Part shown: in pieces, positions 63,095-64,000 of the stretch | Layout: each line of letters opens with the position of its first letter | Numbering within the stretch: the first letter of the stretch is position 1 | NCBI GenBank assembly: GCA_053919585.1 | Contig: CM132799.1 | Direction: 5' to 3' (one strand) | DNA from: Euprymna scolopes | Lineage: Eukaryota | Length of the DNA stretch: 64,000 nt | Program-made: the position numbers and the translations under genes | Notes under the pieces: model-generated | Told to the model about the DNA's origin: nothing | Database searches by the model: none | Seen by the model: the letters and a program-made list of their open reading frames with translations, nothing else

Positions 63095-63625
63095 GCAAAC
63101 CCATTTCCCCCTAATGTTTTATTCTACTTGTACAGCTGCTCCTGCTCGAAGGAAGCATGCATACCGCAAATTTAACCGAAATAAGTCCAGTACAAACAGC
63201 CAAAAGTATTTAGAAGCTAGAAGTAATAGCAGGAATGAAATAGCGACAGCTAAAAGAGAAAATACCGAAACGACCAGAAACGCATTGAAGCAAAAAAATT
63301 ACAACCCGCAAACTCTGTAAAATCTACGGAATTGTAGTAAATAATAAGGAATCAACAATTTATCCACTATTCAATTATCATGAGATTGTTTGCACAGCAA
63401 CCGAGGAGGCTAACATCTCTGCCAGTCTGTTTGCCTCCAAATCAACATTGGACCAAAAAACAACCCTTCCGTGATTTCCTTTTCGGATAGATGATACAAT
63501 AGATGATCTGATAACCCCCTTTTCTAAGATATTATAAAAAAAACTGGGCACCTCAAATGCATATGGACTCGCTCATATTCCGGCTGTGCTATTAAAAAAT
63601 GTTCCGCTTAAGTTGGCCCAGTCCT
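63095..63625 (+). mobile_element. Internal (endonuclease-RT linker) fragment of the same LINE family
   Basis: CTAAPARRKHAYRKFNRNKSSTNSQKYLEAR parallels CAAAICQRQHAFRRFNRHKSSSNKQKFIEAR at 2530-2630 (minus). Confidence 0.8.
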
Positions 63626-64000
63626 CCCCAAACTAAATCCTGTGTATCGTTGTAATGAAACGCAGAGGAGTAAAATTGAGAACACTGGATGATCATAACA
63701 TGGTGGCTTATTTCCTTTATTATTGTTGCATTTTTAAAATTATTTGGAAAATTATGATCATATTCTATTAGCCAATAATTTTCAGTGTATAACCCTTTAT
63801 TGTAGGTCAATATTCATTTTTATTTTGGCGTTGTTATAAAACGCAGAGAAATGAAGTGTGTACGCTAAAAAGCACGAGGTGCTTTATTTTTTTTATTTCT
63901 GTGGAATTCGAAGAAATTTTTACAATATGCTGATTGTAGTACTTTTTTTAAATTTTAAGTGTATATTATTTTATTGCAAGTGCCTACAAATGTATATTTT

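Overview
AT-rich eukaryotic DNA, probably from an invertebrate animal draft assembly, with many N gaps and (TA)n/(TTA)n microsatellites. No host gene could be supported; the window is a transposable-element graveyard. Main contents: (1) a decayed BEL/Pao LTR retrotransposon (24966-31562, minus) whose integrase ends in an intact, TAF3-like PHD finger; (2) a young ~9.9-kb env-carrying Ty3/Gypsy element (36244-46149, minus; 1.08-kb LTRs, CTAC target-site duplication, baculovirus-F-like env with splice signals), nested in the pol gene of (3) an older Ty3/Gypsy element (34771-48353); (4) two Penelope-like elements plus inverted-repeat remnants, one with a minimal hammerhead ribozyme motif; (5) several copies of one CR1/L2-group LINE family, including one lacking the whole RT; (6) four non-autonomous Helitron-like elements, MITEs, a mariner relic, a Copia gag relic and tRNA-derived SINE heads. 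The strongest novelty candidate is the integrase-PHD fusion, a possible H3K4me3-reading integration-targeting module. Family assignments come from motif recognition by eye, and identity figures are rough manual estimates.
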